Shown: positions 1 to 10,410 of the stretch, piece after piece
Position numbering within the stretch: the first letter of the stretch is position 1
How the letters are laid out: each line of letters opens with the position of its first letter
Origin: Elusimicrobiota bacterium
Lineage (GTDB): Bacteria; Elusimicrobiota; Endomicrobiia; Endomicrobiales; JBDRNC01
Length of the DNA: 64,000 bases
Direction of reading: 5' to 3'
NCBI GenBank assembly: GCA_043811535.1
Contig: JBDRNC010000039.1
Location: 32,001-96,000, forward strand
Position numbers and translations under genes: made by a program
Notes under the pieces: model-generated
What the model saw: the letters and a program-made list of their open reading frames with translations, nothing else
What the model was told of the DNA's origin: nothing
Database searches by the model: none

Positions 1-431
1 TGGTTATAGTTTGAAATACCGCTGAGAATGTAAGCTTTGGTTAATCCGGTCCCATTGTTTGTTACCGTAGCGGTTACCGTAATTAAACCGTATGAATTTT
101 CGTAGTAATAATTCCGGACTTTAACGAAAAACGCTTCCGCGTTCGCGGCTGTTGTGAACATTGCGGAATCGGAAAACTCAACTCGTATGACGAGCACTTT
201 GTATGTCGTCGGAGAAGCAATGCCTTTGCGGCCGGCTTTGCGGATCGCGCCGGAAACTTTAAGCTTTTCCAGCTGGCCCCGGGTCAGCGTCCAGTCAGTC
301 CTGAATCCTTCAGGCTTGTCTTTGAGAAAAGCAAGGTTTTTAGGCGGAGCGGCGTTGACGCAGGCGGCTGCGAGCAGAACGGCCAGCGCGGCCTGTATCA
401 GTTGTTTATGCAAGTGTTTTACAGTTCCCAT
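1..431 (-). CDS. Secreted M6-family (immune inhibitor A-like) metalloprotease, N-terminal part only (runs off window)
   Basis: Not in the ORF track. Manual translation from ATG at 431 is open to position 1: MGTVKHLHKQLIQAALAVLLAAACVNA (signal peptide)...YKVLVIRVEFSD...VRNYYYENSYGLITVTATV. This matches the LVIxVxFxD and YYxExSYG pattern of M6 domains. The catalytic HExxH is outside the window. Confidence 0.65.
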   Translation of the reverse strand, partial: MGTVKHLHKQLIQAALAVLLAAACVNAAPPKNLAFLKDKPEGFRTDWTLTRGQLEKLKVSGAIRKAGRKGIASPTTYKVLVIRVEFSDSAMFTTAANAEAFFVKVRNYYYENSYGLITVTATVTNNGTGLTKAYILSGISNYN

Positions 432-443
432 TCGCGGTTATTT

Positions 444-1961
444 CTATTGCCCTGCGGGTTTTGGCTCAGCCGGGGCCGGGGTTGAAAGAGCCGGTTGTGC
501 GGGAGCGGCCTCGGTTGCCGGGGTTATATCCTGTTGAGTTGAAGGGGCATTGCTATCGGCCGGTGCGACGGCCGGGGCTGCCTGTTGAGCGTTTTCGGGC
601 GCAGCCGGAACGGCCGCGGGTGCCGCCGGAGCGGTAACTTCTTCTTTTGCCTCGGTTTTTTCAGTGTCTTTTACGGCGGGTTTATTCTTTTTGGTTATAT
701 CGGAACCGTATGCCCTGCCTTTTGTAGAGCCCCACCTGAGCGCCAAGCTTATCTGGTGGTTCCATTCCGGGAGCTGACCGGCGTAGCGGCCAAGCTCGTC
801 TCCCCAGAACGCGTAATCCATTCTCAAGCCGACATAGGGAATACCGAGCCCGAAGCCGAACGAAGGATAACCGGAATTATAGCCGCCTCTCAGCGATATT
901 GTTCCCCACCTGAATTCCGCGCCCATGTGTAGTTTCTTCCAGAAACAATCGGAAAGCAGTCTTTCGTCTGAATTGAGTATGTCGCGGACGTCAAAGGCGA
1001 GAAGGACGCGGTCAAGGGTGTTTATGTATTTGCCCGGCCAATAGTAGATTTTTGACGGTATATACGCCGACCCGACGTTCCATTCGGAATTTATCATGTC
1101 AGAAGAAGCTTCTTTCGAGTTTCCCGAGTCGGTATCTTCCACTCTCGCGTATTTTATGGACGTGCCGCCGATGTCAGTTATCTGCAGGCCGTAATTCCAG
1201 CGTTCATTCGGCTGATACAATGTTCCTAAATCCAGCCCGAAGCCGCTTCCCATCTGAATGAGCGGAGAGAAATCCTCGAATTCCAGTATGGACAGCGTAT
1301 CCGATATTTTGCCGCGCTGAATGAACTTTAATGTTCCGCCTACGGATATCTGTCCGGGTATATCGATTTGCGGTACTTTCCAGAAACCCGGTATGCTCGG
1401 GATACTGTTGAATTTATGCGCCACGGGAATGCCTAGGACCGCGTCAATATTTCCCCACATGCTGAGGGAAGGAATTATAAGACTCCTGTTGAATTTAAAG
1501 CCTATGTCCGCCGTAGTGAATGTTCCGACGCCCCATGAGAGAAATCCCGGTCCGGAGATATAGCTTGTGTTGGGAAAACCGAACCTTATATGCGGTTTAT
1601 AAGTCGTTATCTTGTCGTTAATTTCATTAAGCAGGCTGATCTTATCAGCCGTGGCGAGCGTGTCAAAGTCCTTAAGCTTGTCCTGGTTATCGTTGTAGAA
1701 TTCGATGAATTTGAATATATCGTCGCCGATGCCTATCGGGAGCTCAAACGCAGTGAACTGGCTCGCGGATCTCTGCGTAATTCCCGCGGGATTGTAAAAT
1801 ATGGCGTTATGGTCGTCCGCAAGCGCGACGAAAGCGCCGCCCATTCCGAGAGGCCTGGCGCCGCGGATCAGCGCGGGAGTATCCAGGGCTGCCATGCATA
1901 CGGGAACGGACACAAAAATACTGATAATCGCAATAGCCAGTAGTATCGCTGTCTTTCTCAT
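444..1961 (-). CDS. Outer-membrane beta-barrel protein (TraF-like / PorV-FadL-like) with Ala/Pro-rich C-terminal tail
   Basis: Signal peptide; N-terminal motif GARPLGMGGAFVALADDHNAIFYNPAG; alternating beta-strand segments ending ISLALRW; low-complexity tail. Confidence 0.7.
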   Translation of the reverse strand: MRKTAILLAIAIISIFVSVPVCMAALDTPALIRGARPLGMGGAFVALADDHNAIFYNPAGITQRSASQFTAFELPIGIGDDIFKFIEFYNDNQDKLKDFDTLATADKISLLNEINDKITTYKPHIRFGFPNTSYISGPGFLSWGVGTFTTADIGFKFNRSLIIPSLSMWGNIDAVLGIPVAHKFNSIPSIPGFWKVPQIDIPGQISVGGTLKFIQRGKISDTLSILEFEDFSPLIQMGSGFGLDLGTLYQPNERWNYGLQITDIGGTSIKYARVEDTDSGNSKEASSDMINSEWNVGSAYIPSKIYYWPGKYINTLDRVLLAFDVRDILNSDERLLSDCFWKKLHMGAEFRWGTISLRGGYNSGYPSFGFGLGIPYVGLRMDYAFWGDELGRYAGQLPEWNHQISLALRWGSTKGRAYGSDITKKNKPAVKDTEKTEAKEEVTAPAAPAAVPAAPENAQQAAPAVAPADSNAPSTQQDITPATEAAPAQPALSTPAPAEPKPAGQ

Positions 1962-1980
1962 AAACTCCCCTTATAGTAGG

Positions 1981-2811
1981 TTATAGATAATCGGTTCCCA
2001 GCGAAATGTCAGTGACATCCACGCCGTTTTCCGCTAATGCCGTCTTGAAGTTGTTGAAAAGCGTCGTAAAATCGTCGTTTATGTTTGAAATCGTCGTGTT
2101 ATTCTTCATTTTAGCCAGGATGACCTGTATCCTTAAGTATGCGCTGGCTATATCTTTCATCGATTCTCTTGCGGCGGATTTGAAAGCGGCGTCAACCGAA
2201 GGAATGGTCCCTACATCGTAATCCGTGCCGAATTCCACGAGACTATTCAGCCGCAATGCCGACCTGAGCATGAGGCAAAACGCGATATTGATGTTGACAT
2301 CGGCGCTGTCATACTTGATTTTTCCGTCAGCCAGGCCTTTGACTATCTTGGGCAGCAGGTTTGATGCCAGCACGACATTTATCGCCGCGTTGATATTGGC
2401 CCTGTTGTTGATGATAGTGTCGGGCAGAAGGTTGTTGCCGGGCGAAGCGTAAACAAGCGAAGATATCGCAGGCGCCAGTCTTGACGGGGCTGACGGTGTC
2501 TCCGATATCATGTTTGAGATAAGGGAAGCGATATCCAGGCCGGAATTCGCAAGCGTGGCGACCGAATAGCCGTATATAGCTTCGGAGTTGTTAGGGTCGG
2601 TTTGAAGTATTTTCGCGTAGTATTCCATCGCCTTGACGTAATCCTTGTTTACAAGGGCGGTGTAGGCGTCGGATGAAAGCGAATCAATCGTCGTTACGCT
2701 TCCGGAACTGTGAGCCCAGGAAAAAATATTGTTTCTCCCGCAGCCCGTGATAAGAATTAGCATGCCAAAGCAAGCAGTTGCGACCAGTAAACGGGTGAAT
2801 CTGCTGTTCAT
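1981..2811 (-). CDS. Lipoprotein with TPR-like helical repeat
   Basis: Start moved to ATG 2811 (GGAGG just upstream). Lipobox LITG-C; TPR-like segment DYVKAMEYYAKILQTDPNNSEAIYG. Confidence 0.7.
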   Translation of the reverse strand: MNSRFTRLLVATACFGMLILITGCGRNNIFSWAHSSGSVTTIDSLSSDAYTALVNKDYVKAMEYYAKILQTDPNNSEAIYGYSVATLANSGLDIASLISNMISETPSAPSRLAPAISSLVYASPGNNLLPDTIINNRANINAAINVVLASNLLPKIVKGLADGKIKYDSADVNINIAFCLMLRSALRLNSLVEFGTDYDVGTIPSVDAAFKSAARESMKDIASAYLRIQVILAKMKNNTTISNINDDFTTLFNNFKTALAENGVDVTDISLGTDYL

Positions 2812-2860
2812 AAAACCTCCTTGAGCACATAAAGCGTTGTGCTTAATTGCCTTATGCGAA

Positions 2861-2877
2861 ATCCCGCATAGCGGGAT
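2861..2877. other. 7-bp hairpin in lipoprotein leader / downstream of ahcY (possible terminator or stability stem)
   Basis: ATCCCGC-ATA-GCGGGAT perfect stem; only a short T run follows on the minus strand. Confidence 0.35.
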
Positions 2878-2890
2878 ATTCCTACTCATA

Positions 2891-2918
2891 ACTATAGCAG
2901 TCTACGTTATTCTGTCAA
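2891..2918 (-). promoter_or_regulatory. Putative sigma70 promoter for lipoprotein-barrel-protease unit
   Basis: Minus strand TTGACA-16 nt-TATAGT, with a TGn extension before the -10. Confidence 0.65.
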
Positions 2919-2935
2919 CACTTCGCAAATGTGAT

Positions 2936-4287
<1,352 letters not shown>

Positions 4288-4292
4288 ATTAT

Positions 4293-4327
4293 TAATTGGT
4301 AATTGCTAATTGGTAATTGTTAATTGA
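4293..4327. repeat. Tandem heptamer repeat (TAATTGN)x5
   Basis: taattgg taattgc taattgg taattgt taattga, directly between the metK stop and the ahcY leader. Confidence 0.9.
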
Positions 4328-4329
4328 CT

Positions 4330-5508
4330 CTATATTCCTGCGTCTTTTTTCAATGCTTTTACTTTATTCAATTCTTCCCAAGTGAATTCCGGGCCTTTTC
4401 TCCCGAAGTGGCCGTATGAAGCCGTCTTGCGGTAAATAGGTCTGCGAAGCTTGAGGTAATCTATTATTCCTTTTGGCGTCAGCGGGAAGTTTTTTCTGAC
4501 GAGTTTGCTGATCTCTTTTTCGGGCATTTCCGAGGTGTTATGCGTGTCTATCATCACCGAAACCGGCTCGGCGACGCCTATGGCGTACGCAAGCTGGACC
4601 GTGCATTTTTCAGCGAGATCGGCCGCGACGATATTCTTGGCTATGTGGCGCGCCATGTAGCAGGCGCTTCTGTCCACTTTCGTCGGGTCTTTTCCCGAGA
4701 AAGCGCCGCCGCCGTGCGACGCGAAACCGCCGTATGTGTCAACGATAATCTTCCTTCCGGTCATTCCCGTGTCGGATTGAGGCCCGCCGATTACGAATTT
4801 TCCCGTCGGGTTGATATGATATTTCGTTCTGTTGTCGATCCATTTGCCGACGACCGGTTTGATTATCGTGTCGATAAGCTCTTTACGGGCCGCGTTTGTG
4901 ATCTTGCTGCCTGTCCTGTCGAGAATGTCCTCGGTGTGCTGCGTTGAAATAACAACCGTGTCAACTCGCACCGGTTTCCCGTTCCGGTATTCCACGGTTA
5001 CCTGTGATTTTCCGTCTGGACCGAGATAGTCGAGTATATTATGCTTCCTGACGTAGGCAAGTTTAAGGGTCAGTTTATGAGCGAGGCTTATCGCCAGAGG
5101 CATGAGTTCCGGCGTCTCTTTACAGGCGTATCCGATCATTAATCCCTGATCACCCGCGCCTCCAGTGTCAACGCCCTGTGCGATATCCGGCGACTGCGAG
5201 TGTATCGCGTTAAGTATGGCGCAGGTTTCAAAGTCAAAACCGTATCTCGGGTGATTATATCCAATTTCTTTTATAATTTTTCTCACAAGCTTGTGGGTAT
5301 CAATGAAAGCCTTAGTGGTTATTTCGCCGCCCACGATAACCAGTCCCATCGTTACGAATGTTTCACAGGCAACGCGTCCCATCGGATCCTGTCTCAAGAC
5401 TTCATCAAGCACTCCATCCGATATCTGGTCGCAGACCTTATCCGGATGACCTTCAGTAACCGATTCTGATGTAAAGACAAAGTCTTTACCTTTGAGCAAT
5501 GACTGCAT
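4330..5508 (-). CDS. metK: S-adenosylmethionine synthetase
   Basis: [52 protein letters not shown]. Start set at ATG 5508 (AGGAGG upstream). Confidence 0.97.
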   Translation of the reverse strand: MQSLLKGKDFVFTSESVTEGHPDKVCDQISDGVLDEVLRQDPMGRVACETFVTMGLVIVGGEITTKAFIDTHKLVRKIIKEIGYNHPRYGFDFETCAILNAIHSQSPDIAQGVDTGGAGDQGLMIGYACKETPELMPLAISLAHKLTLKLAYVRKHNILDYLGPDGKSQVTVEYRNGKPVRVDTVVISTQHTEDILDRTGSKITNAARKELIDTIIKPVVGKWIDNRTKYHINPTGKFVIGGPQSDTGMTGRKIIVDTYGGFASHGGGAFSGKDPTKVDRSACYMARHIAKNIVAADLAEKCTVQLAYAIGVAEPVSVMIDTHNTSEMPEKEISKLVRKNFPLTPKGIIDYLKLRRPIYRKTASYGHFGRKGPEFTWEELNKVKALKKDAGI

Positions 5509-5534
5509 TTCCGTCCTCCTTTTTATTTGAGTTT

Positions 5535-6566
5535 TCACTCTATGCTTATTACTGTGCCTTCATACACCGAAATATCTTCCAGCACTTTCGCCTTGTAGCC
5601 TATAATACAGCTGTCAAGGTTCACGTTTTTTGACACGTTGACCCTTTCCCAAAGTATCGAGTTCTTGATATTTGCGCCTTTTCCGATCCTTGAGTGGTTG
5701 CCTATCGTGGTATATTGATTTATTATAGCATTATTTCCTATAAAACAATAGCGTCCTATGACACAAGGAGGCTTTAATTTTGCGCCTTTTTCTATGCGGG
5801 TTCCTTTCCCTATCCAGATGCCGGGCCTTACCTGTTCGCCGGGTATGTCAAGCTTCAATTTGCCGTCCAGAGCGTCCCTGACCCCGCGTTTATACTCTGT
5901 AAGGTTTCCCACGTCCGTCCAGTATTCGCTCATCAAGTATCCGAAGATTCTTTTTCTTCTTTTCAGGAGATCCGGCCATAATTGCAGGCCAAAATCGTAG
6001 AATTTGTTTTTCGGTATATAATTGAAAACCTCGGGCTCTAGAATGTATATGCCCGTATTCACGGTATTCGCGAAAACATCGCTCCATCTCGGTTTTTCAA
6101 TGAATTTCCTTATGCGCCCGTTTTTTTCCGTTAATGTCACGCCGTATTCGAATTTAGAATCGACGGCTTTCAGCACCATTGTTGCCATGGATTTCCGCTG
6201 TCTGTGAAAATTAAGCGCCATATTCAGGTCGATGTCGGTTAATCCGTCACCCGACATTACAAGAAAAGTCGTGTCAAAAAAACTCTCCGTCCTTTTGACC
6301 CCTCCGGCGGTGCCCATCAGCTCTTTTTCGTATGAGTAACTTATTTTCATGCCGAAAGCTGAACCGTCGCCGAAGTAGTTTTTTATAGTCTCAGGATAGT
6401 GGTGCAGGTTCATCATGACCTGATGAATGCCGTGTCTTTTCAGGTTTTCAAGAGTGTGTTCAAGCGCGGGCTTGTTTACTACCGGCACCATAGGTTTGGG
6501 TATGGCGAATGTCAGCGGCCTCAGCCGCGTTCCGGCTCCTGCCGCCATTATAAAAGCTTTCATCAT
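5535..6566 (-). CDS. NDP-sugar pyrophosphorylase (mannose-1-phosphate guanylyltransferase-like) with left-handed beta-helix
   Basis: [32 protein letters not shown]-terminal hexapeptide repeats. Confidence 0.88.
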   Translation of the reverse strand: MMKAFIMAAGAGTRLRPLTFAIPKPMVPVVNKPALEHTLENLKRHGIHQVMMNLHHYPETIKNYFGDGSAFGMKISYSYEKELMGTAGGVKRTESFFDTTFLVMSGDGLTDIDLNMALNFHRQRKSMATMVLKAVDSKFEYGVTLTEKNGRIRKFIEKPRWSDVFANTVNTGIYILEPEVFNYIPKNKFYDFGLQLWPDLLKRRKRIFGYLMSEYWTDVGNLTEYKRGVRDALDGKLKLDIPGEQVRPGIWIGKGTRIEKGAKLKPPCVIGRYCFIGNNAIINQYTTIGNHSRIGKGANIKNSILWERVNVSKNVNLDSCIIGYKAKVLEDISVYEGTVISIE

Positions 6567-6593
6567 CCTTCCTTATTTTTTAGCAGACTCACA

Positions 6594-7649
6594 TCACAAT
6601 TTTGAGAATTTTTTGATTACGGTGCCGTTGCCAAGCGTCGTTTGAGGATTTAATTGTGAATTCGCCTCTATTACGCACTTTTCCCCGATAAGGGCCCCTT
6701 CCAGCCGCGCGCCCTCATGTATGACGGTGCCGTCAAGTATCACCGAATCCGAGATATAACTGCCTGTTCCTATGGATACATTGTTGCCTATACAGACGTT
6801 TCCGTGCAGCTGGACAAAATCAGAAATCCTGACATTGTTTCCGCAGATGACCCTGCCTTCGACTTCAACATGACTGCTCGATCTGAAATTTCTTCCGACT
6901 ATCATTCCGCGCCCGTGTTTTTTCCCCTCAAGCCGCAAATCGATGTTGTTCGAGAGAAGATCAAAATTCGCCTGAAGGTACTTGTCTATAGTTCCAATGT
7001 CAAGCCAGTATCCTTTTGAAACATAGCCGTATAAAGGATATTTCTGACTTAAAAGATTGGGGAAAAGCCCTCTTTCAACGGAAAAATTGATTCCGGGCGG
7101 TATGAAATTCACCGCTTTCGGCTCGAAGATGTATATGCCCGCGTTGATGGTATTGCAGGTAACATCATCCCATGACGGTTTTTCTATGAAGCTCTCTATC
7201 CGGCCGGATTTGTCAGTCTCCACAAGGCCGAAATGCGTGGGATCCTTTACCCTTGAAAGAGCGATAGTGATGAAAGCTTTTTTCTGCTTGTGGTATCTCA
7301 GCATGCCGCCCAGGTCAAGATCGGTTAAAATGTCGCCGTTGAATATGACCGTGGGTTCATCTATGAATTCCGCCGCGTTTCGGATGGCCCCGCCGGTTCC
7401 CATGGGCTCTTTTTCATGCACGTAACGTATTTTCAGCCCCCAGCGCTTTCCGGAGCCGAAATAATTCTCGAATTCGTGCGAGAGGTAAGCCACGCAAAGG
7501 ACCACTTCCCTGATTCCGTGTTTCCTTATCAGCTGGAACTGGTATTCCAGAAAAGGTTTGTTCGCTATAGGAAGCAGGGGTTTTGGTTTATAGCAGGTTA
7601 AAGGCCTGAGCCGCGTACCCAACCCGCCTATTAGTATCAGCGCTTTCAA
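6594..7649 (-). CDS. NDP-sugar pyrophosphorylase (mannose-1-phosphate guanylyltransferase-like), second paralog
   Basis: [35 protein letters not shown]; hexapeptide repeats; TTG start with GGAGG. Confidence 0.88.
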   Translation of the reverse strand: MKALILIGGLGTRLRPLTCYKPKPLLPIANKPFLEYQFQLIRKHGIREVVLCVAYLSHEFENYFGSGKRWGLKIRYVHEKEPMGTGGAIRNAAEFIDEPTVIFNGDILTDLDLGGMLRYHKQKKAFITIALSRVKDPTHFGLVETDKSGRIESFIEKPSWDDVTCNTINAGIYIFEPKAVNFIPPGINFSVERGLFPNLLSQKYPLYGYVSKGYWLDIGTIDKYLQANFDLLSNNIDLRLEGKKHGRGMIVGRNFRSSSHVEVEGRVICGNNVRISDFVQLHGNVCIGNNVSIGTGSYISDSVILDGTVIHEGARLEGALIGEKCVIEANSQLNPQTTLGNGTVIKKFSKL

Positions 7650-7658
7650 TTTTTCCTC

Positions 7659-7700
7659 CTCCGGATTCTACCGGAGTCCGCCAACGTTTCAGTGGCGGAC
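7659..7700. repeat. Two adjacent GC-rich hairpins (REP-like)
   Basis: CTCCGG-N6-CCGGAG and GTCCGCCA-N9-TGGCGGAC, abutting the RBS of the downstream gene. Confidence 0.6.
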
Positions 7701-7721
7701 GCCCACCGCAGTTATTAGATT

Positions 7722-8636
7722 TTATCTGAAAAAATCTATGGTCTTTCTAAGGCCTTCGTCAAAACCGACCGACGGCGTCCATCCCAGTATTTTTTTCGCT
7801 TTCTTTATTTTAAGGCAGCTTCTAAACAACTCTCCCGGCCTTGCCGGTTTATAAACCGGCTTTTTCGCGTAACCGGAGATAGCCGCCATTTTTTTGAACA
7901 GCAAATTGACCGAAGAGGCCTGTTCGGTGCCTATATTTGTGATCTCGTTATTTCCTTTTGCAAGGGCCAGCAGGTTTGCTCTTGCAACGTCCTTTACATA
8001 CACGTAATCTCTTTTCTGCCCGCCGTCGCCGAAGATGAATACGTTTTCTCCATTGAGCATCCTGCCGGCAAAAATCGCGACCACGCCGGCCTCGCCGTGC
8101 GGGTCCTGCCTTGGCCCGTAAACGTTTCCGTAGCGCAATGCTGTGAATTTGATGCCGTGGATGCTGCTGTAATAATTCAGGTAGAATTCGATGGCGTGTT
8201 TTGTGATGCCATACGGGGAAAGCGGGCGCCCCTTGAATTTTTCGTCAGGAGGATTTTTGCCGCACTCGCCGTATATAGTTCCGCCTGACGAGGCGAAAAT
8301 AACTTTTTTGACATTATTTTTTACGGCGTTTTCAAGGATATTCAGGGACCCAATAATGTTTATATTCGCGTCAAAAATGGGGTCAGCCACGGATTTTCTC
8401 ACGTCGATTTGGGCCGCGTGATGGCAAACGACGTCAAACTTTCCGCCGGAGAATATTCGGGCGGTATTTTTCGCGTTTCGTATGTCGCAAAAATGGAATT
8501 TCGCTTTCGGATTAAGGTTCGCCCTGCTTCCTGAAGAAAGATTGTCAATAACGACTACTTTGTGCCCTTTTTCAATAAGCAGGTCTGTAATATGCGAGCC
8601 GATAAACCCCGCTCCGCCGGTTACAAGTATTTTCAT
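7722..8636 (-). CDS. NAD-dependent nucleotide-sugar 4-epimerase (extended SDR, GalE-like)
   Basis: TGGAGFIG, SSGGTIYG, YGITK (YxxxK), RYGNVYGPRQDPHGEAGVV. Confidence 0.88.
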   Translation of the reverse strand: MKILVTGGAGFIGSHITDLLIEKGHKVVVIDNLSSGSRANLNPKAKFHFCDIRNAKNTARIFSGGKFDVVCHHAAQIDVRKSVADPIFDANINIIGSLNILENAVKNNVKKVIFASSGGTIYGECGKNPPDEKFKGRPLSPYGITKHAIEFYLNYYSSIHGIKFTALRYGNVYGPRQDPHGEAGVVAIFAGRMLNGENVFIFGDGGQKRDYVYVKDVARANLLALAKGNNEITNIGTEQASSVNLLFKKMAAISGYAKKPVYKPARPGELFRSCLKIKKAKKILGWTPSVGFDEGLRKTIDFFR

Positions 8637-8737
8637 ATTATTGCCTCAATATGTTGTTTTGTATTCTTTCATTCAATATTACACATTCCCCCATTACACG
8701 ATTCATGTCAGTCCACCTCCGCCCCGAAACATCGGAA

Positions 8738-8909
8738 CTTCGGCGGATTTTCCGCCGCGGCGGATGAACTTCTTATTCAAATGCCCGATAAATCGGGTGG
8801 AGTTCAATCCTCCTGCGCCCCACACGACGGGGCTTCGGAGGATTTCGGCTTGCTGTAAGCAGTCCCCGAAAATCGGGGACTGCCATTCAAATGCGGGCTT
8901 GCGCCCGCA
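8738..8909. repeat. Cluster of five GC-rich palindromes/hairpins
   Basis: TCCGCCGCGGCGGA (8751-8764); CCCGAT-AA-ATCGGG (8784-8797); AATCCTCC...GGAGGATT (8806-8844); GCAGTCCCCGA-AAA-TCGGGGACTGC (8859-8883); TGCGGGC-TTGC-GCCCGCA (8892-8909). Confidence 0.75.
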
Positions 8910-8914
8910 GAGCC

Positions 8915-10294
8915 TCAATACGCGCCTTTTTTGCTGAAAATCGCCGGAAGCGTGCTGAAAAGAATCTTGACATCCATGCCCATGGTCCAGTTCTCTATGT
9001 AGTAAATATCAAGCTCTATCATTTCTTCATAGCTCAGGGATGCCCGCCCCGAAACTTGCCAGAGACCTGTAATGCCCGGCAAAATCCTGAGCCTTCTTTT
9101 TGCCCAGTCATCATAAGCGGCCGCTTCCCAGAGAACCTGGGGCCTGGGCCCCACAAGGCTCATTTCACCTCTGAGAACATTTATCATCTGGGGTATTTCG
9201 TCGATGCTGAAGCGCCTCAATATTCTCCCGATATTGGTCACTCTCGGGTCGTTGGACATTTTGAAAACCGGGCCCTTTCTTTCGCTCTGTTTCTTGAATT
9301 TTTCCAGGAGCTTGTCGGCGTCCATGACCATTGTCCTGAATTTATAAAAATTGAACGTTTGCCCGCGGTAACCCATTCTCTTATGGTTGTACAGTATCGG
9401 TCCCGGCGAATCCAGTTTTATAAAAATCGCTATGAAGAGCATTACCGGCCAAATTAAAGAGAGGAATATTATGGAGATTATCAGGTCCACCACGCGCTTG
9501 AAATAGAAATTGAACCCGCTCAGGGAGACCGGTTTGAGCTGGAATATCGGCACGCCCAGGGATGAATCGATGGCGATCTCTCCGCGGCAGATGTGGACGA
9601 TATCCGGAATGAATTTAAGGGCGATCTGTTTATTTTCGCACCAGTCGTAGAATTTTAAAAGCACGTTTTCCGGCCACTTGTGATGCGTCAGTATTATCTG
9701 CGCGATATCTTTCTCTATGCTGAGGGCTTTCGCTTTTTCGATATCATCCGATTCATCGCTCGGAAAATAAGTAACCTTAAAATGGGGGTGCTGCTTGAAT
9801 ATGGCTTTGAGCATGTGGTTGTTCCTGCCGAATACGATGACGCTTTCGCTGCCAATGAGGGAGCGAGAGACGTATTTTACGAAGAGTTTCATCGCGATGC
9901 GGATGAAGAACAACAGGACGGTCGCGTTAATGCAGAAAAAGAGGAAAACCAGCCTTGAATAGGAAAATTCCCGGTAGAAGAATATGGCCAGCAGCGTAAA
10001 AAACATGCTGATGGATACGACACGTACTGTGCGGATGAGTTCGTCCAGGGGCTTTAAAAAAAATATCTTATAAAAATCATTTTCATAAAAGATGAACAGC
10101 CACAGCGGCACGATGAACAAAAGAGTGTACTTATAGATAACCCATTCCGGGATTCCTTTGGTTATGGGATAGAAGGATGTGAATCCCGAAAAAAACCGAG
10201 TATGGTACGCCAGATACATGGATAGGCAAAGCGCAAGCGCCTCCAGTATAACAAGCGATAAAAGGATAAGATAATAGGATTTCCTGATTCTCAT
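8915..10294 (-). CDS. Priming polyprenyl-phosphate hexose-1-phosphate transferase (WcaJ/WbaP family)
   Basis: N-terminal TM helices; KRVVDL, DSPGPI, KFRTM, DPRVT, SIDEIPQ..NVLRGEMSLVGPRP, PGITGLWQVSGR. Confidence 0.93.
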   Translation of the reverse strand: MRIRKSYYLILLSLVILEALALCLSMYLAYHTRFFSGFTSFYPITKGIPEWVIYKYTLLFIVPLWLFIFYENDFYKIFFLKPLDELIRTVRVVSISMFFTLLAIFFYREFSYSRLVFLFFCINATVLLFFIRIAMKLFVKYVSRSLIGSESVIVFGRNNHMLKAIFKQHPHFKVTYFPSDESDDIEKAKALSIEKDIAQIILTHHKWPENVLLKFYDWCENKQIALKFIPDIVHICRGEIAIDSSLGVPIFQLKPVSLSGFNFYFKRVVDLIISIIFLSLIWPVMLFIAIFIKLDSPGPILYNHKRMGYRGQTFNFYKFRTMVMDADKLLEKFKKQSERKGPVFKMSNDPRVTNIGRILRRFSIDEIPQMINVLRGEMSLVGPRPQVLWEAAAYDDWAKRRLRILPGITGLWQVSGRASLSYEEMIELDIYYIENWTMGMDVKILFSTLPAIFSKKGAY

Positions 10295-10369
10295 AATTAT
10301 ATAGTGAAAAATCCTTCGTACGCCGCGGCGGACCCAGAATGACTTCGCTTATTTATGAAAGCAAAATCA

Positions 10370-10398
10370 ATTTTACTATTTTTGCAGCGAAATTGCAA
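10370..10398 (-). promoter_or_regulatory. Putative sigma70 promoter upstream of priming transferase
   Basis: Minus strand TTGCAA-17 nt-TAAAAT in an AT-rich intergenic gap. Confidence 0.45.
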
Positions 10399-10410
10399 AC
10401 AGGGCAGGGG

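Noticed and set aside
154..537. Plus-strand 127-aa ORF
   Set aside because: Antisense shadow of the M6-like protease and barrel genes; no recognisable motif.
444..1961. Conjugative element implied by a TraF-like barrel
   Set aside because: No relaxase, coupling protein, VirB4 or integrase nearby; the motif is shared with non-conjugative barrels.
5509..5534. SAM riboswitch upstream of metK
   Set aside because: Only 26 nt separate metK from the upstream gene; there is no room for an aptamer.
8738..8914. Possible CRISPR array or integron attC array
   Set aside because: The stems differ in sequence, there is no constant repeat-spacer period, and no cas or integrase gene is in the window.
8482..8937. 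Short ORFs 8482-8937(+), 8562-8858(+) and 8703-8918(-)
   Set aside because: They run through the palindrome cluster or antisense to the epimerase; no motif support.
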